DNA of 40,368 nt from Candidatus Gottesmanbacteria bacterium RIFCSPHIGHO2_02_FULL_40_13 (GCA_001779235.1 MFJN01000009.1:1-40368); one strand, 5' to 3'. Shown: positions 9,521-19,242, numbered from the stretch's first letter. Translations and numbers: made by a program. The notes: a model not told the origin generated them from the sequence alone.

Positions 9521-9610
9521 CTATTGGGCTGTTCTTGATACTCTCTCAAACCACGCTAACTCCTCCCCAAGGAGGAGAAGGGCGAGATTTAAAAAAGAGT
9601 ACCTTCTCAT
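9521..9610 (-). CDS. leuL: leu operon leader peptide, 29 aa: MRRYSFLNLALLLLGEELAWFERVSRTAQ
   Basis: Manual translation. Four consecutive Leu codons (CTT CTC CTC CTT), 7 Leu in total. Lies between the promoter and the terminator. Not in the ORF track. Confidence 0.82.
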   Translation of the reverse strand: MRRYSFLNLALLLLGEELAWFERVSRTAQ

Positions 9611-9620
9611 AGTTATGATG

Positions 9621-9649
9621 ATTTTATCTTTTATTGAATTTTTTGTCAA
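9621..9649 (-). promoter_or_regulatory. sigma70 promoter of the leu leader/operon
   Basis: Minus strand TTGACA (9649-9644), 17-nt spacer, TAAAAT (9626-9621), 10 nt before the leader ATG. Confidence 0.75.
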
Positions 9650-9681
9650 TCTTGTGTTACAATGTCTTGTAGCCGCTTTCT

Positions 9682-10308
9682 ATGCGACTCTCCAAAATAA
9701 AATTATTCGATTATTTTTATAAAGCATACCACGCGTGGCCTCTTATTTATTCAAATCTTATTCAGCTTTTATCTTTTGGCCAATGGGAGCAGTGGCAGCA
9801 ACGGGTTTTTGATGATATTTCAGGACATAAAATACTGGAAATAGGAGTAGGACCCGGCAAATTATTATTAAAACTGGTTCAAAAAGGGTATGACATTACA
9901 GGTATAGAGCTTCGTCGAGGCATGGCCTTTGAGGCTAGGCGAAGATTAAAAAGAGCCGGTTATCTCTCACAAATCTTACAGCAGAATATAGAAAAACTCC
10001 CTTTTGACAATGAAATATTTGACTGTATAGTTCTGACTTTCGTACTGGCAGAAATAACTCATCTTGAAAAAGCAATTTTGGAGATGAAAAGAGTGCTGAA
10101 AACAAACGGCAAAGTTATCATTATTGCAGGGGGTATTCCGCAGGACAATAATCTGATCGCAAGAATTCTCTTTCGGTTAGTTTCCCCGCATACTACTTTA
10201 CATCTCCAAAGAAATAACATGCAGTATTTTCACTCAGCCGGTTTTGAGGTAAAAAGAACAGATTTTGGTCCCTTCAACATCGTCAATAAAATCGTAGCTG
10301 TCAAATGA
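9682..10308 (+). CDS. Class I SAM-dependent methyltransferase (UbiE/Methyltransf_11-like)
   Basis: ILEIGVGPG motif I, LPFDNEIFDCI, EMKRVLKTNG. Confidence 0.88.
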   Translation: MRLSKIKLFDYFYKAYHAWPLIYSNLIQLLSFGQWEQWQQRVFDDISGHKILEIGVGPGKLLLKLVQKGYDITGIELRRGMAFEARRRLKRAGYLSQILQQNIEKLPFDNEIFDCIVLTFVLAEITHLEKAILEMKRVLKTNGKVIIIAGGIPQDNNLIARILFRLVSPHTTLHLQRNNMQYFHSAGFEVKRTDFGPFNIVNKIVAVK

Positions 10309-10616
10309 AGTGCATTTATGTTCCCTGCAAAGATCTAAGTGAAGCGGAGAAGATTTCTCTCGATTTACTCGAAAAGAAACTGGTTATCTGCGTCAACATC
10401 TTTCCTCAGGTTCGCAGTCTCTATCTTTGGAAGAAAAAAATCGAAAAATCCGATGAAACGTTATTTATCGCTAAAACAAAAAATAATCTGGTTAATAAAG
10501 CTGTTAACAGGATTAAACAAACTCATTCATACGAAACTCCGGAAATATTGATCTTATCGGCAGAAATCAGATCCAAAAGAATTACAGATTGGGTTAATGA
10601 GGAACTGGGGGAGTAA
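10305..10616 (+). CDS. cutA: Divalent-cation tolerance protein CutA
   Basis: LLEKKLVICVNI, SLYLW, HSYETPEI. Confidence 0.92.
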   Translation: MKCIYVPCKDLSEAEKISLDLLEKKLVICVNIFPQVRSLYLWKKKIEKSDETLFIAKTKNNLVNKAVNRIKQTHSYETPEILILSAEIRSKRITDWVNEELGE

Positions 10617-10621
10617 TCCCC

Positions 10622-10652
10622 AAGAAAAACCCCGCCAGAGGCGGGGTTTCTT
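10622..10652. terminator. Bidirectional intrinsic terminator between convergent genes
   Basis: AAGAAAAACCCCGCC-AGA-GGCGGGGTTTCTT. Confidence 0.8.
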
Positions 10653-10676
10653 CGTTAAAAAATTCTTAAACGAACA

Positions 10677-10817
10677 TTATCCTCCGATTTTATACATTCC
10701 GGTACCGCAAGTCGGACACTTTCCTTTCAAGGCCGGTTTACCGTTTTTCATTGTTACTTTCACTGCATTTGGGTCGTCTCTCTTGGCGCGACATTTTACA
10801 CAATACATTTCTGCCAT
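10677..10817 (-). CDS. Small zinc-ribbon protein, DUF5679-like (46 aa)
   Basis: Manual translation MAEMYCVKCRAKRDDPNAVKVTMKNGKPALKGKCPTCGTGMYKIGG*, with two CxxC pairs and an AGGGAGGT RBS. Not in the ORF track. Confidence 0.85.
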   Translation of the reverse strand: MAEMYCVKCRAKRDDPNAVKVTMKNGKPALKGKCPTCGTGMYKIGG

Positions 10818-10943
10818 TTTTATTGTCACCTCCCTTCAATAAAATTATTTTTTAGGCAGCGTTCATTACTAACTTGAACAGTGTGACGCTGCACAAAGGA
10901 GCACAATCTAAATAATATGGACATATTATTTAGAAGTGTCTCT

Positions 10944-11228
10944 TTAGCTTCCTTTAAGAACAAAATATATCACACCCTGCAGGCTGATTGCAAGGAAAGT
11001 AAATAAACTTATTCTTTTTAGATCTTTTTTAACATAACTATATTCGCTGTTGTCTGATACTGATTTGACTGACGGAACGCTCTGTTGATTAAATGTATAT
11101 TTCAATAATCCGTTAGTTTTTGAATCAATCTGAGGTAGATGATTTTGATGCTTGACAGGTTGAAAACCTAGAAGTTTTTGCCGGTGTTTTTCCGCCAGTA
11201 ATTTTTGCCTTTTAGTTTTTTTTGGCAT
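10944..11228 (-). CDS. Hypothetical protein with basic N-terminus and C-terminal TM helix
   Basis: MPKKTKRQK...YSYVKKDLKRI followed by a hydrophobic tail. Confidence 0.7.
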   Translation of the reverse strand: MPKKTKRQKLLAEKHRQKLLGFQPVKHQNHLPQIDSKTNGLLKYTFNQQSVPSVKSVSDNSEYSYVKKDLKRISLFTFLAISLQGVIYFVLKGS

Positions 11229-11337
11229 AGGTATTCAAGCGTGAGTGAGCTTAACATATTGACAGTTTCTTGTAAAGTGAGTACAATCTCGAATACATAG
11301 TTTACTCATTTCAACTAATAACTATTGATATATAATA

Positions 11338-11817
11338 ATGAATAATTTTTATATCATACTTGATATTATTTTATTCATATGGACGATCGGATTGACGGTA
11401 TATCTGATAAAGTTAAACTCTCATTATCAGGGATTGATGAAAGGTCATAGTAATGGTAATTTGACTCAGGTTCTAAATCAGATAACAAAAGAAGTAACGT
11501 TGGATCGTAAAAATATTGAACAGTTAAAGGAAAGTGTTGCAGGATTTTCTGAAGACGTCATAAGTCATATTCAAAACGTAGGGATTCTCAGGTTTAATCC
11601 CTTTGCAGATACAGGAGGAGATCAGAGTTTTATTTTGGCTATACTTGATGGGAATGACAGCGGAATAGTTCTTACATCACTTCATAGTCGGGGCACAACC
11701 CGGTGGTATGCTAAAAACGTCAGATCAGGAAAAGGAGTGGACCATGAATTATCAGAGGATGAGTTGAAGGCAATCAGAAAAACAGTTGGAATTAAATATA
11801 AAAAAACTGATAACTAA
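11338..11817 (+). CDS. DUF4446-family membrane-anchored protein
   Basis: N-terminal TM, coiled coil, VGILRFNPFADTGGDQSF, LSEDE. Confidence 0.8.
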   Translation: MNNFYIILDIILFIWTIGLTVYLIKLNSHYQGLMKGHSNGNLTQVLNQITKEVTLDRKNIEQLKESVAGFSEDVISHIQNVGILRFNPFADTGGDQSFILAILDGNDSGIVLTSLHSRGTTRWYAKNVRSGKGVDHELSEDELKAIRKTVGIKYKKTDN

Positions 11818-11834
11818 AACATTAAAATTTATTT

Positions 11835-13010
11835 ATGAAAAATAAGCTTATTCCAATTCTTGCCGGACTAGGGTTATATTTTCTATCTACGGGAATGTCA
11901 TATGCAGTTTTTAATAATCTATCCTTGAAACCATCAAATAATGAAATAACCTCTCCTCTGGGAAAAATTTCTCCGGCTGAAAAAGTAAAAAACAAAGTTG
12001 ATCCATCTATACCTCGGGATGAAGTCTGTCCTTTGAATGGTGTCATGTATACCAGGAAAGAAAAAGATATCTGGGAAACGCGCAGGCCTTTAGCAGTCAT
12101 GATAGAAAACAGTGAGGAGGCAAGACCTCAATCAGGTTTATCCAGAGCAGATATTGTCTATGAAGCACTGGCCGAGGGTTGGATTACAAGACTAATGGGA
12201 GTTTTCTATTGCAATACTCCACTCGAAAATATAACGTTTGCTCCGGTCAGATCGGCCCGAACATATTATGTCGATTGGGTATCAGAATATGATGCTTTAT
12301 ATAATCATGTAGGAGGAGCAGGAAGATGTGCGGATGATACTGTTGATGACCGTGCGAAAGCGCTGTGTCAGATTTACAGATACGGCATAAAAGATTTAGA
12401 CCAGTTTGGTATTGGTTTTCCGGATTGTTACAGAAATCCTGACAGGTTAGATCATCCGGTAGCAACAGAACATACCATGGTTTGTTTTTCGGACAATCTT
12501 TTTAAAATAGCAGACAAAAGAGGCTGGGCTAATCCGGATGAAAACGGGATATCCTGGGACAAAAATTTCAAGCAGTGGTCGTTTAAAGATGATGCCGATA
12601 AAATAGAACAGGGGAATACTCAAAATATAAAAATTGTTTTTGCGGAAGGGTATGACAGATATGACGTGGAATGGGATTACGATCAGGTATCAAATACCTA
12701 TAAACGTAAAAATGGAGGCGTAGCGCAAATAGATCTGGAAACACAGGAACAACTCGCAGTCAAAAATGTGGTAGTACAACTTACTAAACTCACCGGTCCC
12801 GTTGATGAGCATGGTCACTTTTTATATGCCACCATAGGTTCAGGGAAGGCTATTATCTTTCAGGACGGCAAGACGATGGTTGGGACCTGGAGTAAAAAAA
12901 GCAGAATTGGCCGGACAGCCTATTTCGATTCTCTGGGTAAAGAAATAAAATTCACCAGAGGTTTAATTTGGATAGAATTAATACCAAGGGAACAGCAGCT
13001 GACGTATTAA
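11835..13010 (+). CDS. DUF3048-family (YerB-like) exported protein
   Basis: RPLAVMIEN...ARPQSGLSRADIVYE...EGWITRL, PVRSAR. Confidence 0.85.
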   Translation: MKNKLIPILAGLGLYFLSTGMSYAVFNNLSLKPSNNEITSPLGKISPAEKVKNKVDPSIPRDEVCPLNGVMYTRKEKDIWETRRPLAVMIENSEEARPQSGLSRADIVYEALAEGWITRLMGVFYCNTPLENITFAPVRSARTYYVDWVSEYDALYNHVGGAGRCADDTVDDRAKALCQIYRYGIKDLDQFGIGFPDCYRNPDRLDHPVATEHTMVCFSDNLFKIADKRGWANPDENGISWDKNFKQWSFKDDADKIEQGNTQNIKIVFAEGYDRYDVEWDYDQVSNTYKRKNGGVAQIDLETQEQLAVKNVVVQLTKLTGPVDEHGHFLYATIGSGKAIIFQDGKTMVGTWSKKSRIGRTAYFDSLGKEIKFTRGLIWIELIPREQQLTY

Positions 13011-13118
13011 AAAATTTTATGATTTAACCTGCCCCAATCCATAAAGACGGATATGGGGACAAATATAATAAAGATATTACCTTGTCCCGGATTGCAATAA
13101 TTAAGAGGAGGGATAAAT

Positions 13119-13694
13119 ATGTTGCATGATTTAATTATTTCCCGCGTCCGGGTAAAAATATTACAGCTTTTTTTTCTGAATTCTGCCAAAATTCACCACG
13201 TTAGGGCTATTGTTCGGCTTGTGGGAGAAGAAATTAACGCTGTCCGCCGTGAGCTGGCTCATTTAGAAAAATCAGGTCTTTTATCCAAGGAAAGAAGGGC
13301 CAACAGACTCTATTACGGTCTTCGTAAAGATTACCCTTTGTATTATGATCTGATGGATTTAATTGTAAAAACTTCAGCGCTCGGAGGGGATATATTAAAA
13401 AATAAGGTAAAGCTTGGAAAAGTTAAGTATGTGATGATATCCGGAAAATATGCCAGAAATAAAAATAGAGCTGTTAATGATGTGGATTTATTAATGGTAG
13501 GTAAAGTCGTCATACCAGAATTAAGTCAACTAATCCGGGCTGAGGAAGTAAGACGCGAAAGGGAAATAAATTATACAGTCATGAGCGAGGAAGAGTTTGA
13601 GTTTCGGAAAAAAAGAAGAGATCCCTTCGTAATGGATATTCTTAAAGGATCAAGGATTATGATTATTGGGGACGAAGAAGAATTAATCGGTTAA
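13119..13694 (+). CDS. Winged-helix (ArsR-like) plus minimal nucleotidyltransferase-fold protein
   Basis: N-terminal HTH (VRAIVRLVGEEINAVRREL) and C-terminal GKYA...DVDLLMVG...REINY. Confidence 0.72.
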   Translation: MLHDLIISRVRVKILQLFFLNSAKIHHVRAIVRLVGEEINAVRRELAHLEKSGLLSKERRANRLYYGLRKDYPLYYDLMDLIVKTSALGGDILKNKVKLGKVKYVMISGKYARNKNRAVNDVDLLMVGKVVIPELSQLIRAEEVRREREINYTVMSEEEFEFRKKRRDPFVMDILKGSRIMIIGDEEELIG

Positions 13695-13892
13695 ATGTCA
13701 CTTATCATGAAAAAGATAATCCGGGCAGGTAAACACAGTCTGGCGGTGATAATACCCGCTGATTTTGCTCATTCTTTAGGAGTAAAATCCGGAGACAGCG
13801 TCAAGGTGACGACATCCCTGGATAAAGGATTCATGTCTGTCTTTTTCTCCGGGGCAGTACAATTAAAACTCCCGTCCTCTTCTAATAAATAA
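13695..13892 (+). CDS. AbrB/MazE/SpoVT-family DNA-binding protein
   Basis: KIIRAGKHSLAVIIPADFAHSLGVKSGDSV swapped-hairpin motif. Confidence 0.8.
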   Translation: MSLIMKKIIRAGKHSLAVIIPADFAHSLGVKSGDSVKVTTSLDKGFMSVFFSGAVQLKLPSSSNK

Positions 13893-13900
13893 AAAAACAT

Positions 13901-15232
13901 ATGTTTGGCAAAAGAAAAATATTTTGGTTTATTATTGCCCTAACGATCATGGTAGCAATAGTAGATTTACCAAAAGATTACCCATTGAAATTTCGTCTTG
14001 GCCAAATTAATTTCGACAGAACCATCAGTTCTCCCAAAATTAACATAAATATCGGCAATTTTGCTGTAAATAAAGATATAGACGTTCAATTTGGTCTTGA
14101 TCTTGCCGGAGGGACTCATCTGGTTCTGGAGGCAGATATGAGCAAAGTAGAGAAGGCAGACCGTGTTAAAGCTTATGATTCTGCTAAAAATATAGTCGAA
14201 CGAAGAATTAATTTATACGGGTTAAGTGAGCCGGTAATTCAACAGTCAAAAGTGGGCGATTCATACAGAATACTGGTAGAAATTCCGGGAGTGTCAAATA
14301 TTGATCAGGCGATTGAGTTGATAGGCAAAACAGCCCAATTATCTTTTTTTGAAGAAGCAACAAAGTCGGCCAATGAGGCGACTCCTTCCTCGCTTGCGGA
14401 AATCTGGCCGATTCTCACCTCTTTGACCGGAAAAAATTTGAAAAAGGCTGAGGTGACTTTTGAACCCAATACAGGAGAGCCGCAAGTATCTTTGGAATTT
14501 GACAGCGACGGAGCTAAAATGTTTGAAGATATTACAACCCGCAATGTAGGTAAGACCGTAGCAATATTTTTAGATAACCAACTCTTATCAGCTCCAAAAG
14601 TTAATGAATCTATCACAGGAGGAAAAGCGTCGATCACGGGTAAATTTTCCCTTGATGAAGCAAAAAGATTAGCCATATCCCTGAACGCGGGCGCTTTACC
14701 TGTTCCATTAAAGGTAATAGAACAGCGTAATGTCGGCGCAACTCTCGGTCAGCAGTCGATAGAGAGGAGTGTTTTGGCTGGTATGGTAGGTTTTCTGATT
14801 ATTGCGGTTTTTATGATCGTTAATTACGGTTTATTAGGCGTCATTGCCGATACAGCCCTGATTATTTATGCTTTGATCGTTTTTGCTATTTTTAAGCTTG
14901 TTCCTGTAACTTTGACTCTAGCCGGTATTGCCGGATTTATACTGTCGATTGGTATGGCAGTTGACGCAAATATTCTTATTTTTGAAAGGATGAAGGAAGA
15001 AATAAGATGGGGTAAAGATTATCTGGTGGCCTTGAAACTTGGTTTTGACAGGGCTTTTCCCTCAATTCGTGATTCCAATATTTCATCACTCATCACTTGT
15101 GGAATTTTATACTGGTTCGGTACGGGCATAGTGAGGGGTTTTGCTTTGACCCTGGCAATAGGAATTGTGGTATCTCTGTTTAGTGCAATAACTATTACCC
15201 GTAATTTACTCAATCTGATTTATAAGGAATAA
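13901..15232 (+). CDS. secD: Protein translocase subunit SecD
   Basis: GLDLAGG, LNAGALPVPL, GMAVDANILIFER. Confidence 0.96.
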   Translation: MFGKRKIFWFIIALTIMVAIVDLPKDYPLKFRLGQINFDRTISSPKININIGNFAVNKDIDVQFGLDLAGGTHLVLEADMSKVEKADRVKAYDSAKNIVERRINLYGLSEPVIQQSKVGDSYRILVEIPGVSNIDQAIELIGKTAQLSFFEEATKSANEATPSSLAEIWPILTSLTGKNLKKAEVTFEPNTGEPQVSLEFDSDGAKMFEDITTRNVGKTVAIFLDNQLLSAPKVNESITGGKASITGKFSLDEAKRLAISLNAGALPVPLKVIEQRNVGATLGQQSIERSVLAGMVGFLIIAVFMIVNYGLLGVIADTALIIYALIVFAIFKLVPVTLTLAGIAGFILSIGMAVDANILIFERMKEEIRWGKDYLVALKLGFDRAFPSIRDSNISSLITCGILYWFGTGIVRGFALTLAIGIVVSLFSAITITRNLLNLIYKE

Positions 15233-15233
15233 T

Positions 15234-16142
15234 ATGATCGATATTATCGGAAAAAAATGGTGGTTTCTGATTTTTTCAGCAGTTATCATCATACCAGGAT
15301 TGATTTCGTTAATACTCTGGGGAATAAGGCCTGCGATAGATTTTACGGGAGGAACCCTTCTTGAGTTTCAATTTCTAAATAAAGAAACCAAAATTGAGAA
15401 CAGTGATTTGCGAAGGGAACTGGAAAAAGAAGAATTAGAGATTGGGAGTATTCAACAATCCGGAGAAAATACTTTTTTAGTCAGGCTGAAATCTTTGGAA
15501 AAAGATAAAAGCCTGAAATTATTTTCAGGTTTCTCTGCAACCTATGGCGAAATAAAACAAATCCGCAGCGAGACGGTAGGTCCACTTATTGGCCAAGAAA
15601 CCGCTCAAAATTCCCTGAAAGCTATTGTTGTTGCCTCAATCGCCATTATTATTTATGTAGCTTTAGCATTCAGGCATATTCCAAAACCTTACTCATCATG
15701 GAGGTTTGGAATTTGTGCTGTGTTCGCTTTAATACATGATATTTTAGTGGTAGTAGGAATATTTTCCATTCTTGGACATTTTTATAAGGTCGAGATAGAT
15801 AGTTTATTTATCACTGCCCTTTTGACGGTCATGGGATTTTCGGTGCATGATTCAATCGTTGTTTTTGACAGAATTAGGGAGAATCTGATACATCTAACCG
15901 GCAAAGAATTTTCCCAGATCGTCAATGAATCAATTGTACAAACTCTTGCCCGATCTTTGTCTACCTCGATGACGGTAATTTTGACTCTGGTAGCTTTATT
16001 ACTCTTTGGCGGTGAATCTACAAGGTGGTTTATAGCTGCACTTCTGATTGGTATTATCTCCGGTACCTATTCTTCGATATTTAACGCCGCACCACTTCTC
16101 GTTATTTGGGAAGAACGGTCGAGGAAGAAAAGAAAGCTTTAA
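15234..16142 (+). CDS. secF: Protein translocase subunit SecF
   Basis: IDFTGGT, GFSVHDSIVVFDRIRE, GTYSSIF. Confidence 0.96.
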   Translation: MIDIIGKKWWFLIFSAVIIIPGLISLILWGIRPAIDFTGGTLLEFQFLNKETKIENSDLRRELEKEELEIGSIQQSGENTFLVRLKSLEKDKSLKLFSGFSATYGEIKQIRSETVGPLIGQETAQNSLKAIVVASIAIIIYVALAFRHIPKPYSSWRFGICAVFALIHDILVVVGIFSILGHFYKVEIDSLFITALLTVMGFSVHDSIVVFDRIRENLIHLTGKEFSQIVNESIVQTLARSLSTSMTVILTLVALLLFGGESTRWFIAALLIGIISGTYSSIFNAAPLLVIWEERSRKKRKL

Positions 16143-17460
16143 TTTCGGCAAGAAGAAGTTCCCGGTCATTTTTTATTTTTCCCTCTTCAACTTTTGCAAA
16201 AAGCGAGGCCAGAACTTCTCCAACTTTTGGTCCCGGAGTCAATTGCAGTATTGTCATCACGTCAAACCCATTAATTTTTAAATCTGCTACGGTAAAGGCT
16301 TGTTTTTGCACTTCAATCAGCCTTTTTTTGAAAAGATCCAGCCGCCACGAGGTTTCTGTGGCTCCGCCTCCCAGGCGGTCACCAATGCGCAGATCTAAAA
16401 TATCTTTCAGGTTGTCTATGCCTGTATTTTTGATGAAGCGTCTTAGAGCTTTATCAGTTTGTCTTTCATCGACGGTAAATTGATGGTATCTGACCAGACG
16501 CCATACTTTTTCACTTTCTTTTTTGGAAAGATGAAGCCGGGAAATAATTTTTTTCACCATCGCGGCCCCGACAATTTCGTGATTGTAAAAAGTGATTACC
16601 CCCTCATCAGTCTTATTAAATACCGCAGGTTTTCCTATATCATGTAGAAGTGTAGCCAAACGAACATATGGATCTTTGGATGGACACTGGCGAAGTGATT
16701 CGATGAGATGTGTCCCAACATCATATTTGTGATGCCGGCGGGGACTTTTTTGTTCAACCCCGAAACATTTGTCCAATTCCGGCAGGATTACCGTAAGGAC
16801 CCCGCAGTTTTTAAGAAGTAAAATACCGTCCGCGGGATAATCGGAGGATAGAATTTTTATCAGTTCATCTCTGATTCTTTCCTGAGAAATCTTATTTAAG
16901 AGCCGGCTGTTTTTTTGGATGGCCGCAAAGGTATCCGCTTCGATAATAAATTGCAATTGTGTGGCAAGGCGTACTGATCTCAACATCCTGAGCGCATCTT
17001 CCTGAAATCTTTCTGAAGCGTCTCCAACCGCCCGGACCAGATGATTATTTAAATCGGTTACGCCTCCAAATAAATCTCTGATTTTAACCCCATCGAAAAC
17101 CAGAGTGTTAATGGTAAAATCTCTTCTTTTCAGATCTTCTTTGAGAGTTTTGCCCCAGATTATTTTATCCGGATGCCGGTGATTGGTGTAACCATACTCA
17201 CTGCGATATGTGGTAATTTCAAAAACTGAAGACAGACTTTTTACAGGAACACCGACGGTACCGAATTTATTATCATAATAACTGTCTTTAAAAAGACCGG
17301 TTATCTCTTCAGGTTGGGCATTGGTAGTGAAATCCCAATCCTTTGTCGCCATATTCAGAAGAAGATTTCTGACTGCTCCTCCCACAGCAAAGATTTCAAA
17401 TCCTTTTTTACTGAATTTTTTAAACACTTCTAAAACTTCTTTGGGAATCCGGTATTTCAT
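16102..17460 (-). CDS. cca: CCA tRNA nucleotidyltransferase with HD domain
   Basis: VGGAVR...DWDF, DLKRRDFTIN, EDALRMLR, LLHDIGK. Confidence 0.92.
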   Translation of the reverse strand: MKYRIPKEVLEVFKKFSKKGFEIFAVGGAVRNLLLNMATKDWDFTTNAQPEEITGLFKDSYYDNKFGTVGVPVKSLSSVFEITTYRSEYGYTNHRHPDKIIWGKTLKEDLKRRDFTINTLVFDGVKIRDLFGGVTDLNNHLVRAVGDASERFQEDALRMLRSVRLATQLQFIIEADTFAAIQKNSRLLNKISQERIRDELIKILSSDYPADGILLLKNCGVLTVILPELDKCFGVEQKSPRRHHKYDVGTHLIESLRQCPSKDPYVRLATLLHDIGKPAVFNKTDEGVITFYNHEIVGAAMVKKIISRLHLSKKESEKVWRLVRYHQFTVDERQTDKALRRFIKNTGIDNLKDILDLRIGDRLGGGATETSWRLDLFKKRLIEVQKQAFTVADLKINGFDVMTILQLTPGPKVGEVLASLFAKVEEGKIKNDRELLLAEIKAFFSSSTVLPK

Positions 17461-17508
17461 GATAGTATTAATTTTCTGACTAATATTATAACCTAAAGAT
17501 ATAAGATC

Positions 17509-19242
17509 ATGAATAAGTGGAAAATACTAGATGAAAGCCGTAGTACATCAAATAATTCCGGAGATGATGAAATAATTTCCATAATACTGAAAAACCGCGG
17601 CATTAAAACAAAGAAACAGATAGAGGAATTTCTCCATCCCGATCTTTCCCGCATAAACCGCAAAATATTGGGAATAAATAATAACGGCCTATTAAAAGCT
17701 CTGGAAAGAATAGAAACTGCATTGAGAAATTCGGAATCGATTGTGGTTTATACTGATTATGACGTGGACGGGTTAAGCAGCGGCGCGCTGCTTTGGGAAT
17801 GCCTATTTTCTTTTGGAGCGAAGGTTATGCCGTATGTGCCAAATAGGTTTGAAGAAGGTTATGGACTGTCGGAAAAAGGAATACTGGAGGTTAAGAAAAA
17901 ATATAAAACCTCTTTAATCATTACTGTTGACCACGGAATTTCCGCAGGCTCTAAGATCGCTTTTGCCAAAAAACAAGGAATCGATGTAATTGTTATAGAC
18001 CACCATGTAAAACCGGATAAAACTCCGGATCTTGATACTCTGGTACATACAACCATGGTTTGTGCTACTGCCTTAGTCTGGTATTTTTGTGAGGAGTTGA
18101 CGAACTACCTGAAAAAATCAACGGATCTGCAAAAAGGTAAATTTTCCCATAAAGAAAATTTGGATTTGGTGGCTTTGGCTACAGTTTGTGATTTGATTCC
18201 ACTGATTGGAGTAAACAGAATTTTCGTCAAGTTGGGACTTGTACAACTCAGGAAAAGTACGCGGGTTGGTTTAAACACATTAATAAAACATGCCGGAATT
18301 AATAAAGAAGATATTGACGCCTATGATTTAGGCCATATCATCGGACCAAGAATAAACGCCATCGGACGGTTGACTCATGCTATTGATGCACTGCGCCTTC
18401 TCTGCACCAAAGACAAAATCAGGGCTCTGGCATTATCAGAAAAATTATACACTTTGAATAAAAAAAGACAGGTAATGACAGAAGAGTCAGTTATCATAGC
18501 GAAGGATATGGCCGATGTTAAAAGCGGATTATTATTCATCAGTCATGAGAGTTTTCAATCGGGGATTATCGGGCTTATTGCCGGAAGATTGACCCAGGAT
18601 TACAATCTTCCTTCGATTGTGATAGCCAAAGGCGAAAAAATTTCCAAAGCCTCAGCCCGATCTGTAAAGAGCATCGATATTATCGCCATTCTCAGAAATT
18701 TTGAAGATATCTTGATTGATGTTGGAGGTCATCCTCAAGCAGCAGGTTTTACTGTTGAAACTTCTAAAATAGGGCTTCTTGAGTCAAGACTTGCCGCCTT
18801 TTTTCAAAATGAAAACCTGTTCAGACGAACGGATAAAAATATCCTGATTGATATGACTTTGAACCTGTCTGATATAACAGAATCTTTATATGCAAAAATG
18901 TTGCAGTTACAGCCCTTTGGAGTTGCTAATTCCGAACCTGTTTTTTTAAGTAAAAATATTACAATTGCAGGTTTTACCTTGGTCGGCCGTGAGAGAAACC
19001 ACTTAAAAATGAAGTTGAAAATCAGCGAAGAAAAAAATGATTTAATTGAAGCTATCGGATTTAAACTGGGAGAAATTGCGGGTACGTTTAAATCTGACTG
19101 TAAAATCGATACTGTTTATAGTTTGGATGAAAATAAATGGAATTCTAAAACAAGCTTGCAATTGCACCTTAAAGATGTTAGGATCTCTGAGGTTTTTTAT
19201 GAGAAAAATACCCGCTACCATGGCAACCCAGCATCCGGATAA
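17509..19242 (+). CDS. recJ: ssDNA-specific exonuclease RecJ
   Basis: DYDVDG, ITVDHG, DHH, PRINAIGR, GGHPQAAG, LQPFG. Confidence 0.95.
   Translation: MNKWKILDESRSTSNNSGDDEIISIILKNRGIKTKKQIEEFLHPDLSRINRKILGINNNGLLKALERIETALRNSESIVVYTDYDVDGLSSGALLWECLFSFGAKVMPYVPNRFEEGYGLSEKGILEVKKKYKTSLIITVDHGISAGSKIAFAKKQGIDVIVIDHHVKPDKTPDLDTLVHTTMVCATALVWYFCEELTNYLKKSTDLQKGKFSHKENLDLVALATVCDLIPLIGVNRIFVKLGLVQLRKSTRVGLNTLIKHAGINKEDIDAYDLGHIIGPRINAIGRLTHAIDALRLLCTKDKIRALALSEKLYTLNKKRQVMTEESVIIAKDMADVKSGLLFISHESFQSGIIGLIAGRLTQDYNLPSIVIAKGEKISKASARSVKSIDIIAILRNFEDILIDVGGHPQAAGFTVETSKIGLLESRLAAFFQNENLFRRTDKNILIDMTLNLSDITESLYAKMLQLQPFGVANSEPVFLSKNITIAGFTLVGRERNHLKMKLKISEEKNDLIEAIGFKLGEIAGTFKSDCKIDTVYSLDENKWNSKTSLQLHLKDVRISEVFYEKNTRYHGNPASG

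Noticed and set aside
9474..9722. 82-aa plus-strand ORF
   Set aside because: It is antisense to the leu leader, attenuator and promoter, which explain the sequence better.
10597..10842. 81-aa plus-strand ORF
   Set aside because: It is the shadow of the minus-strand zinc-ribbon gene and runs through a terminator.
19046..19198. N-terminal extension of PpcA in the ORF track
   Set aside because: It lies inside recJ, and the family N-terminus (MRKIPATMATQHPD) begins at 19199.
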